A DNA stretch of 64,000 bases, from positions 26,846,001 through 26,910,000 of the forward strand of contig OZ024755.1 in assembly GCA_964016885.1 (NCBI GenBank), read 5' to 3'. Source of the stretch: Eledone cirrhosa (lineage: Eukaryota). This document shows positions 63,512 through 64,000 of the stretch, one piece after another; positions within the stretch are counted from its first letter, which is position 1, and each line of letters opens with the position of its first letter. A program made the translations under genes and the position numbers. Below the pieces are notes generated by a model. That model was not told the DNA's origin. It did not search any database and worked only from the letters and a program-made list of their open reading frames with translations.

Positions 63512-64000
63512 TTCAACTCTTTGACAACTCATGCTAACAACTTGTTCAACTCTGACAACTCATGCTAGCAACTGGTTCAACTCTGACAACTCATGCTAGC
63601 AGCTGGTTCAACTCTGACAACTCATGCTAGCAACTGGTTCAACTCTGACAACTCATGCTAGCAACTGGTTCAACTCTGACAACTCATGCTAGCAAACTGG
63701 TTCAAGTCTTTGACAACTCATGCTAGCAAACTGGTTCAAGTCTTTGACAACTCATGCTAGCAAACTGGTTCAACTCTGACAACTCATGCTAGCAAACTGG
63801 TTCAAGTCTTTGACAACTCATGCTAGCAAACTGGTTCAAGTCTTTGACAACTCATGCTAGCAAACTGGTTCAAGTCTTTGACAACTCATGTTAGCAAACT
63901 GGTTCAACTCTGACAACTCATGCTAGCAAACTGGGTCAAGTCTTGACAACTCATGCTAGCAAACTGGTTCAAGTCTTTGACAACTCATGCTAGCAAACTG
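63512..64000. repeat. 31-34-bp minisatellite running off the window end
   Basis: Variants caactctgacaactcatgctagcaactggtt (31 bp) and caagtctttgacaactcatgctagcaaactggtt (34 bp). Confidence 0.95.

Noticed and set aside
63512-64000. CRISPR-like array of repeats about 32 bp long
   Set aside because: Units are contiguous with no unique spacers, there are no cas genes, and the context is a eukaryotic intron; it is a minisatellite.

Overview
AT-rich, repeat-dense animal genomic DNA. The SINE families resemble those of octopod cephalopods; this is an inference from recalled repeat sequences, not a database match. The left two-thirds hold a complete SCYL2 (CVAK104) pseudokinase gene on the minus strand: 16 frame-consistent coding exons (37775 to 969, about 937 aa), a probable non-coding exon near 42901-43000, and candidate alternative exons in the 10-kb intron 2384-12580. 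A second, unnamed gene runs on the plus strand from 52650 (8 phase-consistent exons, probably continuing past the window). It encodes three UBA/CUE-like repeats, each with an intron at the same position. Between the genes are a near-full-length CR1-type LINE with a candidate -1 frameshift site at the ORF1/ORF2 junction, and a fold-back cassette containing a minimal type I hammerhead ribozyme. Introns contain tRNA-derived SINEs (tandem and inverted arrays), piggyBac- and hAT-type MITEs, Helitrons, RTE/CRE/R4 LINE relics and minisatellites. All calls come from reading the sequence by eye.
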